18,665 bases of DNA from Candidatus Bipolaricaulia bacterium (GTDB lineage Bacteria; Bipolaricaulota; Bipolaricaulia; JBHIAT01). Made by a program: the position numbers and the translations under genes. The notes under the pieces were generated by a model. It had not been told where the DNA came from, made no database searches, and saw only the letters and a list, made by a program, of their open reading frames with translations. Shown piece after piece: positions 8,251 to 16,615 of the stretch; the stretch's first letter is position 1, and each line of letters begins with the position of its first letter. The stretch covers positions 1 through 18,665 of the forward strand of contig JBHIAT010000062.1 of assembly GCA_046758705.1 (NCBI GenBank), given 5' to 3'.

Positions 8251-9864
8251 CTAACGCCTGCGCGTGGTGTCGATGCGCCAGTTGTGCATGTCGATCGTCG
8301 GCCCGACGATCGGGAACGGCTTTTCCGGACCGACCAGATAATCCTGCACGGTAAACTGGGTCGGTATTTCGTACGCGTAGAGCGCAACCGCTTGGTCCGC
8401 GATCTTCCTCTGGAGCTCCTGGTAGATCCCGATCCTGTCGTCAGAATCCAACGTTGCCCGTGCCCGGTCGATCAGCTGACCGATCCCCTGATCCGCGAAC
8501 CAATGGGACGCGTAGATCCCTCCCACGTTGTCGGGATGGAACATGAAGAACATGAAGGAGTCCGGCGACGGATATACAATCGGGAACAGGAAGATCGACA
8601 TGTTTGGCGTGGTCTCCGGCGCCGTGCTCTCTGCCGAGTATTGAGGCCAGGGCAGGTTCACGATCTCCACCTCGACGCCCAGCTGAGCCAAATCGGCTTG
8701 CAATTGCAAGCCAATCTCCTCTTCAGACTTCAGGTCACAACAGTAGTGGAACACGACCTTCACGTCCGAAGGGTCGTACTTGGAGAGTGCCAGCTCCTGT
8801 CGGGCCTTCACCAGGTTCTGCTGCTGCGGGAGAATGCCCTCCAGGAATCCGGGCAACGAAGCCGAGTAGACTCCCCCGAATCTCGCTCCAAACGGCGAAT
8901 ACTGATCAAAGACGGCCCCGTAGTCGTAAGCGTTCAGGATCGCCCTCCTGAAGTGGACATCGTCGGTGGGCGGCACGGCCGTATTGATCCACACCGTGAT
9001 GTTCTGGGTCCAAACCGGGAACCGACGCAGGCCCGGCGTCCGATCGATATCGGCCAGCGTCGTCCGGCTCCACCCCCCGTTGGCCTCGATGTCCAGCTGG
9101 CCCGTCTTGAGGAGTGTCAACAACGTGGCCGGGTTGCTCTCCATGATGAACAGGAGCCGATCGATGGGAACTTCGTTCGCACCGCTCTTCCAGCCGAGGA
9201 AGTAGTCTTCAAATCGTTCGGCCTCCAGACGATCCCCCGGGCTGTGGCTGACCAGCATGTACGGTCCGCTTCCGGCGTCATGGGTCGACAGCCACTCCTG
9301 ACCGTAATCTCCGAACCTCCCGTATTCGCCGGGCCCGAGGTGCTCCAGCACCAGATCTTTGTTCACCGTCCAGAACAGCGTGAGCGTGGTGGGAAACTCG
9401 GCGTTCGGCTGGCCCAGAAGGAAATCGACCGTGTATCGGTCTATCGCGATCGGGACGACCGTGCCCAGGATGGAGGAATACCCCTGCCCGATGGTGAGAA
9501 ACCGGTTCATCGAGAAGACGACGTCCTCGGCGGTCAGCTCGCTGTCATCGTGGAATTTGACCCCCGATCTCAGCTTAAACCGCCAATGGTTGAGCCGACC
9601 ACCGACCGTCTCCCAGCTCTCGGCCAGGTGGGGCCTCAGCCCTCCTTCCACCGTCGGGTAGACCAACGGGCTGTAGAGGTTATAGACCGCCTGCGTATCG
9701 TACCAGTCAAACGCCACAGCAGGATCGGATAGGATGACGGGCTGACCGTTGATCACCGCCACGGTGTCCTGAGCCTGTGCCTCCACCAGACCTAAGAATC
9801 CGATGGTGAGCAGCATCACCATCAGACCCAGACCGAAATATCTCGCTTTCTTCACCTTAATCAC
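8251..9864 (-). CDS. oppA: Peptide ABC transporter substrate-binding protein (SBP family 5)
   Basis: Sec signal peptide (KVKKAR, hydrophobic core, AQA), LYSPLV, PHLAESW, FKLRSGVKFHDDSELTAEDVVFS, GSGPY, FRRAILNAYD. Confidence 0.92.
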   Translation of the reverse strand: MIKVKKARYFGLGLMVMLLTIGFLGLVEAQAQDTVAVINGQPVILSDPAVAFDWYDTQAVYNLYSPLVYPTVEGGLRPHLAESWETVGGRLNHWRFKLRSGVKFHDDSELTAEDVVFSMNRFLTIGQGYSSILGTVVPIAIDRYTVDFLLGQPNAEFPTTLTLFWTVNKDLVLEHLGPGEYGRFGDYGQEWLSTHDAGSGPYMLVSHSPGDRLEAERFEDYFLGWKSGANEVPIDRLLFIMESNPATLLTLLKTGQLDIEANGGWSRTTLADIDRTPGLRRFPVWTQNITVWINTAVPPTDDVHFRRAILNAYDYGAVFDQYSPFGARFGGVYSASLPGFLEGILPQQQNLVKARQELALSKYDPSDVKVVFHYCCDLKSEEEIGLQLQADLAQLGVEVEIVNLPWPQYSAESTAPETTPNMSIFLFPIVYPSPDSFMFFMFHPDNVGGIYASHWFADQGIGQLIDRARATLDSDDRIGIYQELQRKIADQAVALYAYEIPTQFTVQDYLVGPEKPFPIVGPTIDMHNWRIDTTRRR

Positions 9865-9936
9865 CTCTTAGAAAGGTTTTGGTCTGCTAGCGTTGAGCCA
9901 AATCTTTGCGAATCTCACCCCCTTTCTTACATCGGA

Positions 9937-11046
9937 TCATTCGACGATCTGTAAGTCGCGTGTGCAGTTGTTCAGTCGCTTTGCTCCGGTCTCCGTCACG
10001 ACGACGATGTCCTCAACGCGCACCCCGAATTGGCCGGCCAGGTAGATCCCAGGCTCCACGGAGAACGCCATCCCCTGCTTGAGCTGAAGGTGATTCCCCT
10101 CAACGATGTAGGGCTCCTCATGGACATCAAGGCCGATACCATGGCCGGTGCGGTGGATGAATCGCTCGCCATATCCGGCGTCGGTTATCTCGTCACGTGC
10201 GACCCGATCGACTTGTTCAGCTTCAATGCCCGGTCTTATCGCCTGTACCGCCTTCTCCTGTGCGTTCTTGACGATCTCATAGATGGCCCGGATCTCGTCC
10301 GTGGGCTCTCTGCAGACGATCGTTCGCGTGATATCCGAACAATAGCCATGGATCCGGCATCCAAAATCGAAGATCACCACATCGCCCGGCTCGATCGTCC
10401 GCTGACCCGCCCGATAGTGCGGAAGGGCACTGTGGGGGCCGGAGGCCACCAACGTCTCAAACGCGATCTTCTCCGCCCCCCGTCGCCTCATCGCCGCTTC
10501 AAGCGCGGTGGCCAGAGCCAGCTCGGTCATCCCGGTGACTTTCGACTGGATGATCTCCTCAAACGCCTCATCGACTATAGCACCCGCTTCCTCCATGTAG
10601 CGAATCTCGTCCGTGGTTTTCTGCATGCGTAGCGGCACCATCGCCTGGGAGGCCAACGAGAAGTTGCCTCGCGGCAACGCCGTCTCCAACATGAGGAGGA
10701 ACGTTGCCCACATCCCGTCATCCACGAGAACCCGAGCCTCTCCCTCTCCCACCCCCAAGTCTGCGACAGTGCGCCCCAACAAGTCCATGGGGTCATCCTC
10801 ATCGCTCCAGATACGAACGTCAGGAAACGGCGACGCTTGTCTGATCTGATCCTTATACATCTTAGGGGCGATGAACAGGGGGTCCCCTTCCCGCGGCACG
10901 AGCAGGAGAAGCAGCCGTTCGCCGGGCTCATCAAAGAAGCCACTGAGATAGAGCATATTGGAACTGGGGAAGAGGGCCATCAGAGGGAATTCCAATTCGA
11001 TCATCAGCTTTCGAGCCTGAGCTACTCTATCCCTGTAGATTTCCAC
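9937..11046 (-). CDS. pepQ: Xaa-Pro dipeptidase/aminopeptidase (M24B, prolidase-like)
   Basis: Creatinase-like N-domain (SNMLYLSGF), PHY, DFG..GYCSDITRT, HRTGHGIGLDVHE, EPGIY, GVRVED. The dinuclear metal ligands are present. Confidence 0.9.
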   Translation of the reverse strand: MEIYRDRVAQARKLMIELEFPLMALFPSSNMLYLSGFFDEPGERLLLLLVPREGDPLFIAPKMYKDQIRQASPFPDVRIWSDEDDPMDLLGRTVADLGVGEGEARVLVDDGMWATFLLMLETALPRGNFSLASQAMVPLRMQKTTDEIRYMEEAGAIVDEAFEEIIQSKVTGMTELALATALEAAMRRRGAEKIAFETLVASGPHSALPHYRAGQRTIEPGDVVIFDFGCRIHGYCSDITRTIVCREPTDEIRAIYEIVKNAQEKAVQAIRPGIEAEQVDRVARDEITDAGYGERFIHRTGHGIGLDVHEEPYIVEGNHLQLKQGMAFSVEPGIYLAGQFGVRVEDIVVVTETGAKRLNNCTRDLQIVE

Positions 11047-11050
11047 ATGT

Positions 11051-11491
11051 TTACCCTTCTAATCGAGCGACGCTGACCTGCTCGATCCCTTGTTGCCATA
11101 CTCTTAGCCCGATTTCCTCTATGGTCTTCCACTGAGCCGAAGGGATACGCGCGAACACGTTGACCGGCAGACGCCCCCGGTGATCTCTGCTGACCTCAGC
11201 TCCATAATAGATTGCAATGGCTTCGGCGGCTTCTGAATCCTCCAGTTCCCACTCCTTCCAATAGATCACGTCACCGATGCTCATTTGCGTCGTCTGTTTT
11301 TCACGGGGAATCCTGCGTCCACTTTTAAGCGGGAAATTGATCTCCCGGCCGGACCACCTTGAATGATAGATCGTCGCCTCTAAGGGGAGCATATCGAGGA
11401 CGGATTCTACGGTTTTGGGCACGTTATCCGGCATCAACTCGGCCACCAGCTCACCCCCCCGCTCAAACCTAAACACGATCTTGCTCGGCAT
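11051..11491 (-). CDS. Cyclophilin-like fold protein (DUF3830-type), function unknown
   Basis: 146 aa. The pattern PKTV..VLDMLP....IYHSRWSGREI, GDVIYW, IAIYYG, VNVFARI resembles DUF3830/cyclophilin-like proteins. Tightly packed between hyuB and pepQ (11 and 4 bp gaps). Confidence 0.7.
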   Translation of the reverse strand: MPSKIVFRFERGGELVAELMPDNVPKTVESVLDMLPLEATIYHSRWSGREINFPLKSGRRIPREKQTTQMSIGDVIYWKEWELEDSEAAEAIAIYYGAEVSRDHRGRLPVNVFARIPSAQWKTIEEIGLRVWQQGIEQVSVARLEG

Positions 11492-11502
11492 CTTCGCACG
11501 CC

Positions 11503-13257
11503 TCAGCCGATTTGCCTCATCTTATTTCGTAGCTCCTCAGTCGCGTTCATGTCCACCTTCATCTCATTCTCATCGATGACGACTCCATAATCCTCTTTCG
11601 CCTTTGTCACCGATACATATCCGTTGATCACATCTTGCAGAACCGTTTGGGGGTCTCGCTCGAGCGGCGAACCGTAGCCCCCACCGCCGCCGGTCTGGAA
11701 GCTCACCACCTCATCTTCATAGAGGGGCAGGTTGGAGATCTTGCGCCAACGCTCTTCGTTGCCGTCTTTGCGATAGATCGCGGTGATGCTCGGCTTTCCA
11801 TCCTTTCCGCCGAACAGCCCCCAGGGCGGCGTGTACTTCACCCGATCCGTTGTTACCGTGAGCCCAGCCTCATGACCGATGATGTGATAATCCCGACGGA
11901 CGCCCAGACCACCGCGGAACTGGCCTGCTCCGCCGGAGTCCTGCTGGAGCTCGAACCGCTCCACGCGCCATGGATATCTTACTTCGACGACCTCGGCCGG
12001 CACGTTATAGGTGTCCCCTAAGTCCATGGAGAAGAGCGCCGGCTCTCCGTCCTCATCGGGCTTTCCGCCGTGGCCGCCGGCATCCCCCTCGGCACAGACG
12101 TAGTATCGGCCCGTCCGTGGGTCCGTTCCGTAGATGAAGTTCGCCATCGAATCCCCGAAGTGCCCGGCGCGTATACGATCCGGGATCGCCGGGGCCAGCG
12201 CTTTCAGAATCAGGTCCGGAATCGTGGTCGTCGGCGTCGGCCACATCGCCGTGGCCGCCGGGAATCGGGGCTTCAACAGGCTGCCCTCCGGAATCACGAT
12301 CTTCAACGGACGGAAGAAGCCCTCGTTGTTGGGCAGATCCGGCGTGGTCACGATCTTGAACCCGTATCGGGCTGAAGAGATCGTCGACGGTTCCGGGACG
12401 TTCATCGGTCCACGGCACTGGCGATCGGTGCCCGTGAAGTCGACCGTCATTTCCTCGTCCTCAACGGTGATGGTGACCTTCAGCTGCAGCTTATCGTCCA
12501 ACGGTGCATCGTCATTGCCGTCGCCATCGAGGATGGCCTCTGCAGAATAAGTTCCGTTGGGAATGCGACGGATGGCGGTCCGTGACATTTTATCTCCTTG
12601 ATCGAGGATCTCGTTTAGCGCCGCCAGCGTGACCTCAAGGTCATAGTCCTCGATGACCTCGACGAGGCGCTTGCTCCCCGCCCGCACCGCAGCAATCATA
12701 CCGCGGATGTCCCCGAGCACGGCATCCGGCACGCGCGTGTTGGCCCGGATCAGACGGAAGACGTCCTCGTTCGGTTCGCCCTCCATCATGAGCCGGACCG
12801 GCGGGAGACGAAATCCCTCTTGAAAGACTTCGGTGGTGTTGCTATACCAGCCTCCGGGGTAAATCCCCCCCATGTCAACGGTGTGGCCCCGGAACGCAGC
12901 CCACCCGCGGATCTCACCTTCAAAGAAAGCGGGACAGAGCACCACGAGATCGGGACAGTGTGTGCCGCCTCCGTTGTAGGGGTCGTTGCACAGGATGATG
13001 TCTCCGGGCTTAAGATTTTCACGCCCAATGGTATGATAAGTGGCTACGACGGCATCCGATAGGTTGGCAAGAAAGATAGGCAGCCCCGGCGTCTCCGCGA
13101 CCAGCTTTGCATCGCTGTCCAGTATGCCACAGCTGAAATCGACCACCTCATACAGAATGGGGCTATAGGCGGCCCGCTCCACAACCCTTCGGATATCACG
13201 ACTGGCCGCGATCAGCCGATGGCGGATGACTTCTAGAGTGATCGGATCTACCTTCAT
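11503..13257 (-). CDS. hyuB: Hydantoinase B / oxoprolinase family subunit (hydrolytic subunit of ATP-dependent lactamase)
   Basis: DPITLEVI, DFSCG, NDPYNGGGTHCPD, HTVDMGG, SGGAGQFRGGLG, PWGLFGG, GGGGGYGSPLER. SD AGGAGGG. Confidence 0.92.
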   Translation of the reverse strand: MKVDPITLEVIRHRLIAASRDIRRVVERAAYSPILYEVVDFSCGILDSDAKLVAETPGLPIFLANLSDAVVATYHTIGRENLKPGDIILCNDPYNGGGTHCPDLVVLCPAFFEGEIRGWAAFRGHTVDMGGIYPGGWYSNTTEVFQEGFRLPPVRLMMEGEPNEDVFRLIRANTRVPDAVLGDIRGMIAAVRAGSKRLVEVIEDYDLEVTLAALNEILDQGDKMSRTAIRRIPNGTYSAEAILDGDGNDDAPLDDKLQLKVTITVEDEEMTVDFTGTDRQCRGPMNVPEPSTISSARYGFKIVTTPDLPNNEGFFRPLKIVIPEGSLLKPRFPAATAMWPTPTTTIPDLILKALAPAIPDRIRAGHFGDSMANFIYGTDPRTGRYYVCAEGDAGGHGGKPDEDGEPALFSMDLGDTYNVPAEVVEVRYPWRVERFELQQDSGGAGQFRGGLGVRRDYHIIGHEAGLTVTTDRVKYTPPWGLFGGKDGKPSITAIYRKDGNEERWRKISNLPLYEDEVVSFQTGGGGGYGSPLERDPQTVLQDVINGYVSVTKAKEDYGVVIDENEMKVDMNATEELRNKMRQIG

Positions 13258-13270
13258 GATCCCTCCTTCT

Positions 13271-15313
13271 TCAGAGATTCAGGGTGATAATCAGGTTGCC
13301 ATATCGGTCGACGGAGCAGGTCTGATCGTCTTCGACGACGGTCGTGGCTGTCGGCTCCTCAATGATCGCTGGCCCGGGGATCACGTTTCCCGCCAGAAGT
13401 TTATCGCGCTGATAGATTTGAAAGTTCTGATACCGGCCGTCTCCTCGATAGACCTTCCGTTCCCCTAACCTGGCCTCGGAGGCTGGGGCCTCGTCTCCTT
13501 CATCTATCTCTTGCAGGATCGGCTTTTTCACCTTGCCGATTCCGTTGACCTTGAGCGAGACGATCTCCTTGGGCTCCTCCGGCGCGTTGTGTCCGTAGAC
13601 GCGAAGGTGAGTCTCATCGAAGCTTTTATCCAGCAACGCCTTATCGTCAGCCGTCAGTCTGGCGGGCGCCGGAACGGCCAACGTATGCTCCTGTCCAGTA
13701 TATCTCAGATCCATCTCATAGTTCATGACGATGTCTTCCTCCGAGATGCGCTCGCGCTCAAACAGCTCTTTGGCTCGCGTCTCCAGCTCTTGGAATATCC
13801 CGTTGATCGCTTCGACATCGACCTCGTCCAGGGGGTTGATATAGGTCTGGGTGAAGCCATGTCTCAGATCGGCCAACAGCATTCCCCAAGCGGAAAACAC
13901 GCCGGGAGACGGAGGAACGATCACCGTAGGGATGTTTAACTCTCGGGCGATCGCGGCCGCATGAACCGGTCCCGCACCACCGAACGCGACCATGGCAAAC
14001 TCCCTCGGGTCATAGCCACGCTTGACCGTTATCGACTGCAGCAACCCGGACATGTTGGTGTTGACGATCTTGATGATCCCCAACGCAGCCTCATCGGTGC
14101 TCAGGTCGAGGGGTTTCGCCACCTTTTCGATCGCTTCGTGGGCGAGCTGAGACGAGACCTCCATCTCTCCGCCCAAGAAGTACTCGGGATCGAGGATCCC
14201 CAGCTGCAGGTTCGCATCCGTCACCGTGGGTTCGACACCGCCGTGCAGATAGCATGCCGGACCGGGGTCGGCACCGGCACTCTGCGGTCCGACATGCAGG
14301 GCGCCGGCCTCATCGATCCAGGCGATGCTGCCGCCACCGGCGCCGATCTCACGCAGATCGACCGCAGGCACCATGATCGGACGCTCTTCGACCAGATACT
14401 GATCGGTGATCTCCGGCAGGCTGCCACGGATGATCGACGTTTTGGCCGTCGTCCCTCCCATGTCATACGATATGACGTTTTCATACCCGATCATGCCGGC
14501 GAGCTGGGCCGCGCCGATGGCGCCAGCGGCCGGGCCGGACTCCACCATCGCGATCGGAATCTCCCTGGCGACAGTCGATGTCATGACGCCCCCGTTGGAC
14601 TGCATGATCTGCAGATCGTTCTGAAAGCGGCGCTCGGTCAACTCCTGCTCCAGACTTCGCAGGTACCCCTGCACCACCGGCATGACATACGCATTCTGCA
14701 CTGCTGTGCTGGTGCGCTCATATTCATAGTAGCGTCGGGTAATCTGATGCGAGAGGGAGACGGTTGTCTCGGGCAACCGCTCATTGAGCAACCTGCCTAT
14801 CTCCTGCTCATGCCGAGGGTTGGCATAGGCGTTGAGAAGACAGATCGCTATTGATTCGACTTGCTCCTGTCGCAGAAACTCGACGATGCGATCGAGCTCA
14901 GAGAGGTCCAGGGGGATCAATACCTCGCCATCCGCGCCGATCCGCTCCTTGACCTCTAACCGAAGGTATCGAGGAACGAGGAGCGTTGGCTTCTTGTAGA
15001 GGGCGTTGTACATCTCCGTGCGATTGCTTCGCCCGATCTCCAGCACGTCCCTGAACCCCTCCGTGGTGATCAACGCCGTCTTGGCTCCTTTGCTCTCGAT
15101 CAAGGCATTGATCACCACCGTCGTCCCGTGAACCAAGAAAGAGACCTCGTCAAGAGGGACTCCGAACCTGTCCACGCTTTGAATCGTGCCAATGGCAGGA
15201 TTCTTCGGTGTGGAAGACACCTTGTTGACCTCTATCTTGCCGGTATTTTCATCGAGCAAGACACCATCGGTAAAAGTCCCACCTACATCCGTGCTTAACC
15301 TATACCTATACAT
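13271..15313 (-). CDS. hyuA: Hydantoinase A / oxoprolinase family subunit (ATP-binding subunit)
   Basis: DVGGTFTD, HGTT, ESGPAAG, DMGGTT, IGAGGGS, GPQSAGADPGPACY, PTVTDA, FGGAGP, RYTGQ. Confidence 0.93.
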   Translation of the reverse strand: MYRYRLSTDVGGTFTDGVLLDENTGKIEVNKVSSTPKNPAIGTIQSVDRFGVPLDEVSFLVHGTTVVINALIESKGAKTALITTEGFRDVLEIGRSNRTEMYNALYKKPTLLVPRYLRLEVKERIGADGEVLIPLDLSELDRIVEFLRQEQVESIAICLLNAYANPRHEQEIGRLLNERLPETTVSLSHQITRRYYEYERTSTAVQNAYVMPVVQGYLRSLEQELTERRFQNDLQIMQSNGGVMTSTVAREIPIAMVESGPAAGAIGAAQLAGMIGYENVISYDMGGTTAKTSIIRGSLPEITDQYLVEERPIMVPAVDLREIGAGGGSIAWIDEAGALHVGPQSAGADPGPACYLHGGVEPTVTDANLQLGILDPEYFLGGEMEVSSQLAHEAIEKVAKPLDLSTDEAALGIIKIVNTNMSGLLQSITVKRGYDPREFAMVAFGGAGPVHAAAIARELNIPTVIVPPSPGVFSAWGMLLADLRHGFTQTYINPLDEVDVEAINGIFQELETRAKELFERERISEEDIVMNYEMDLRYTGQEHTLAVPAPARLTADDKALLDKSFDETHLRVYGHNAPEEPKEIVSLKVNGIGKVKKPILQEIDEGDEAPASEARLGERKVYRGDGRYQNFQIYQRDKLLAGNVIPGPAIIEEPTATTVVEDDQTCSVDRYGNLIITLNL

Positions 15314-15335
15314 TGATTCGGTAGTCTCCCTGTCC

Positions 15336-15365
15336 TTTATACTATGGAAAGAGGAATAATTGCAA
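15336..15365 (-). promoter_or_regulatory. Candidate sigma70-type promoter of the catabolic operon
   Basis: Minus strand TTGCAA (15365-15360), 18 nt, TATAAA (15341-15336), upstream of the AGGGAG SD of hyuA. An alternative TTGACG lies at 15383-15378. Confidence 0.35.
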
Positions 15366-15411
15366 GCGCTCCCATCTCGTCAAAGCGGAATAGAACAGGA
15401 ATTCCGATATT

Positions 15412-15445
15412 GATCATCATTCCATTTGACACAGATCATCATCCC
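15412..15445. repeat. Direct repeat GATCATCAT(T/C)CC x2 with 22-bp period, candidate operator
   Basis: GATCATCATTCC at 15412-15423 and GATCATCATCCC at 15434-15445 (11/12 identical). Confidence 0.6.
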
Positions 15446-15455
15446 GAAGTAAAAT
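15426..15455 (+). promoter_or_regulatory. Sigma70-type promoter for the regulator gene
   Basis: TTGACA (15426-15431), 18 nt, TAAAAT (15450-15455). This implies the ATG at 15454 is not the real start. Confidence 0.55.
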
Positions 15456-15483
15456 GGCTTACTCCGATTCCAGGGGTCCCATC

Positions 15484-16341
15484 ATGAGATTACGGGTGCA
15501 GCTCTTCGGACTGTTCCAATTGTGGCGCGATGATGAACTGATCCCGCCGGAAGCCTGGAGAGGTTACAAGGCTCAAGCCTTCTTCAAGATCCTGCTCACC
15601 GAACCCGGCCGCCCGTTCACCCACGATCAGCTCATCGACTGGCTCTGGCCGGATGTCGATCTCGATAAAGCGGACAAACACCTGCGATCTCTGGTCAGTC
15701 GTGTACGCCGCATCCTGGAGCCCGAGCTCAAACGAGGCGCACAATCCCAATATATCCTCACTCGCCCCTCAGGCTACCGCTTCAACCCCGAAGCGGACTG
15801 TGTCATCGACGCTCAACGGTTCGAAGACCACCTGAAACAAGCCAGGCAATTGGAATCAAACACCCAATTTGAACCGGCGATTCAAGCGTATCAGCAAGCG
15901 GTGGAGCTGTATCAGGGAGAGTTCCTCGCCGATGATCGCTACGAGGACTGGGCCATCCCCCACATCGAAAGATGGCAGCGGACCTATCTCAGTGCCCTGT
16001 CCCAACTGGCCGAATGCCATGCGCGCCTGGGTCAATACCGAAGAGCGATCGAGTACTGCCAGCAGGCCATCGAACTCGATCCCTACCATGAGGAAAACTA
16101 TCGCCAGAAGATGCGCTATCACGCTCACGCGGGCGAGCGCGAGAAAGAACTGACGGCCTTGCAAAAGCTCTTGTTGGACGAGGAGGTGCGTCTACTGACC
16201 CTCATGGACTATGACCACAACGTGGCCACCATGCGCGCTGAGCTGGATGAGGAAGCGTTTACAGCGGCATGGGCTGAGGGACGAGCGATGGCGATGGAAC
16301 AGGCGATTGCTTACGCGGTAGAGGAGGTTGGCAATAGCTGA
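15484..16341 (+). CDS. SARP/AfsR-DnrI-type regulator (OmpR-like wHTH + BTAD), apparently an internally deleted remnant of a larger STAND ATPase-TPR regulator
   Basis: LRVQLFG, LIDWLWPD, LRSLVSRVRRILEP, GYRF, IDAQRF, LYQGEFL..YEDW, LDPYHEENYR. These are followed by the fragments REKELTALQKLLLDEEVRLLTL and AFTAAWAEGRAMAMEQAIAYA. Confidence 0.8.
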   Translation: MRLRVQLFGLFQLWRDDELIPPEAWRGYKAQAFFKILLTEPGRPFTHDQLIDWLWPDVDLDKADKHLRSLVSRVRRILEPELKRGAQSQYILTRPSGYRFNPEADCVIDAQRFEDHLKQARQLESNTQFEPAIQAYQQAVELYQGEFLADDRYEDWAIPHIERWQRTYLSALSQLAECHARLGQYRRAIEYCQQAIELDPYHEENYRQKMRYHAHAGEREKELTALQKLLLDEEVRLLTLMDYDHNVATMRAELDEEAFTAAWAEGRAMAMEQAIAYAVEEVGNS

Positions 16342-16430
16342 AACATCCATTGGGGCTTTAGGAACTACTCGGGTTGGTAACCCTATTATGAAGCATGGGG
16401 ATTATAGCCCTCTCACGCCCTCCGGCTTCC

Positions 16431-16472
16431 TAAAAAGGATTCGCCGCCCTGCGGGGTCAGGACGACGAATCC
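16431..16472 (-). terminator. Rho-independent terminator, minus-strand orientation
   Basis: The minus-strand RNA GGAUUCGUCGUCCUG-ACCCCG-CAGGGCGGCGAAUCC-UUUUUA forms a 15-bp stem with two G-U pairs followed by U5. Confidence 0.65.
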
Positions 16473-16551
16473 GATGAGGCGCTCACAGCGTGATGTGCAC
16501 TGCATATTTGATTATGCCCGTCGGATCACTGTGATAGAATAGTAAACGCAA

Positions 16552-16615
16552 GGGTGATGACGGGACTCAGTCCGGTTCGATCCGGGCGGTCCAGGGTGAG
16601 TCCTTGTGATGACCC
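16552..16615 (+). ncRNA. Candidate structured RNA element (unassigned)
   Basis: Nested pairing GGGT/ACCC, GGACTCA/TGAGTCC and CCGG-TTCGAT-CCGG. GTGATGAC occurs in both arms of the stem base. Extended -10 TGaTAGAAT at 16532-16540 just upstream. Confidence 0.3.

Noticed and set aside
8167-9732. 521-aa plus-strand ORF and other long antisense ORFs (1692-2573, 4127-4909, 13961-14854, 7434-8030)
   Set aside because: Shadow frames of well-supported GC-rich minus-strand genes, with no recognisable motifs.
16570-16593. tRNA 3' fragment or att site (GGTTCGATCC...CCA)
   Set aside because: The loop is 6 nt and too few bases separate the stem from CCA. There is no cloverleaf and no integrase in the window.
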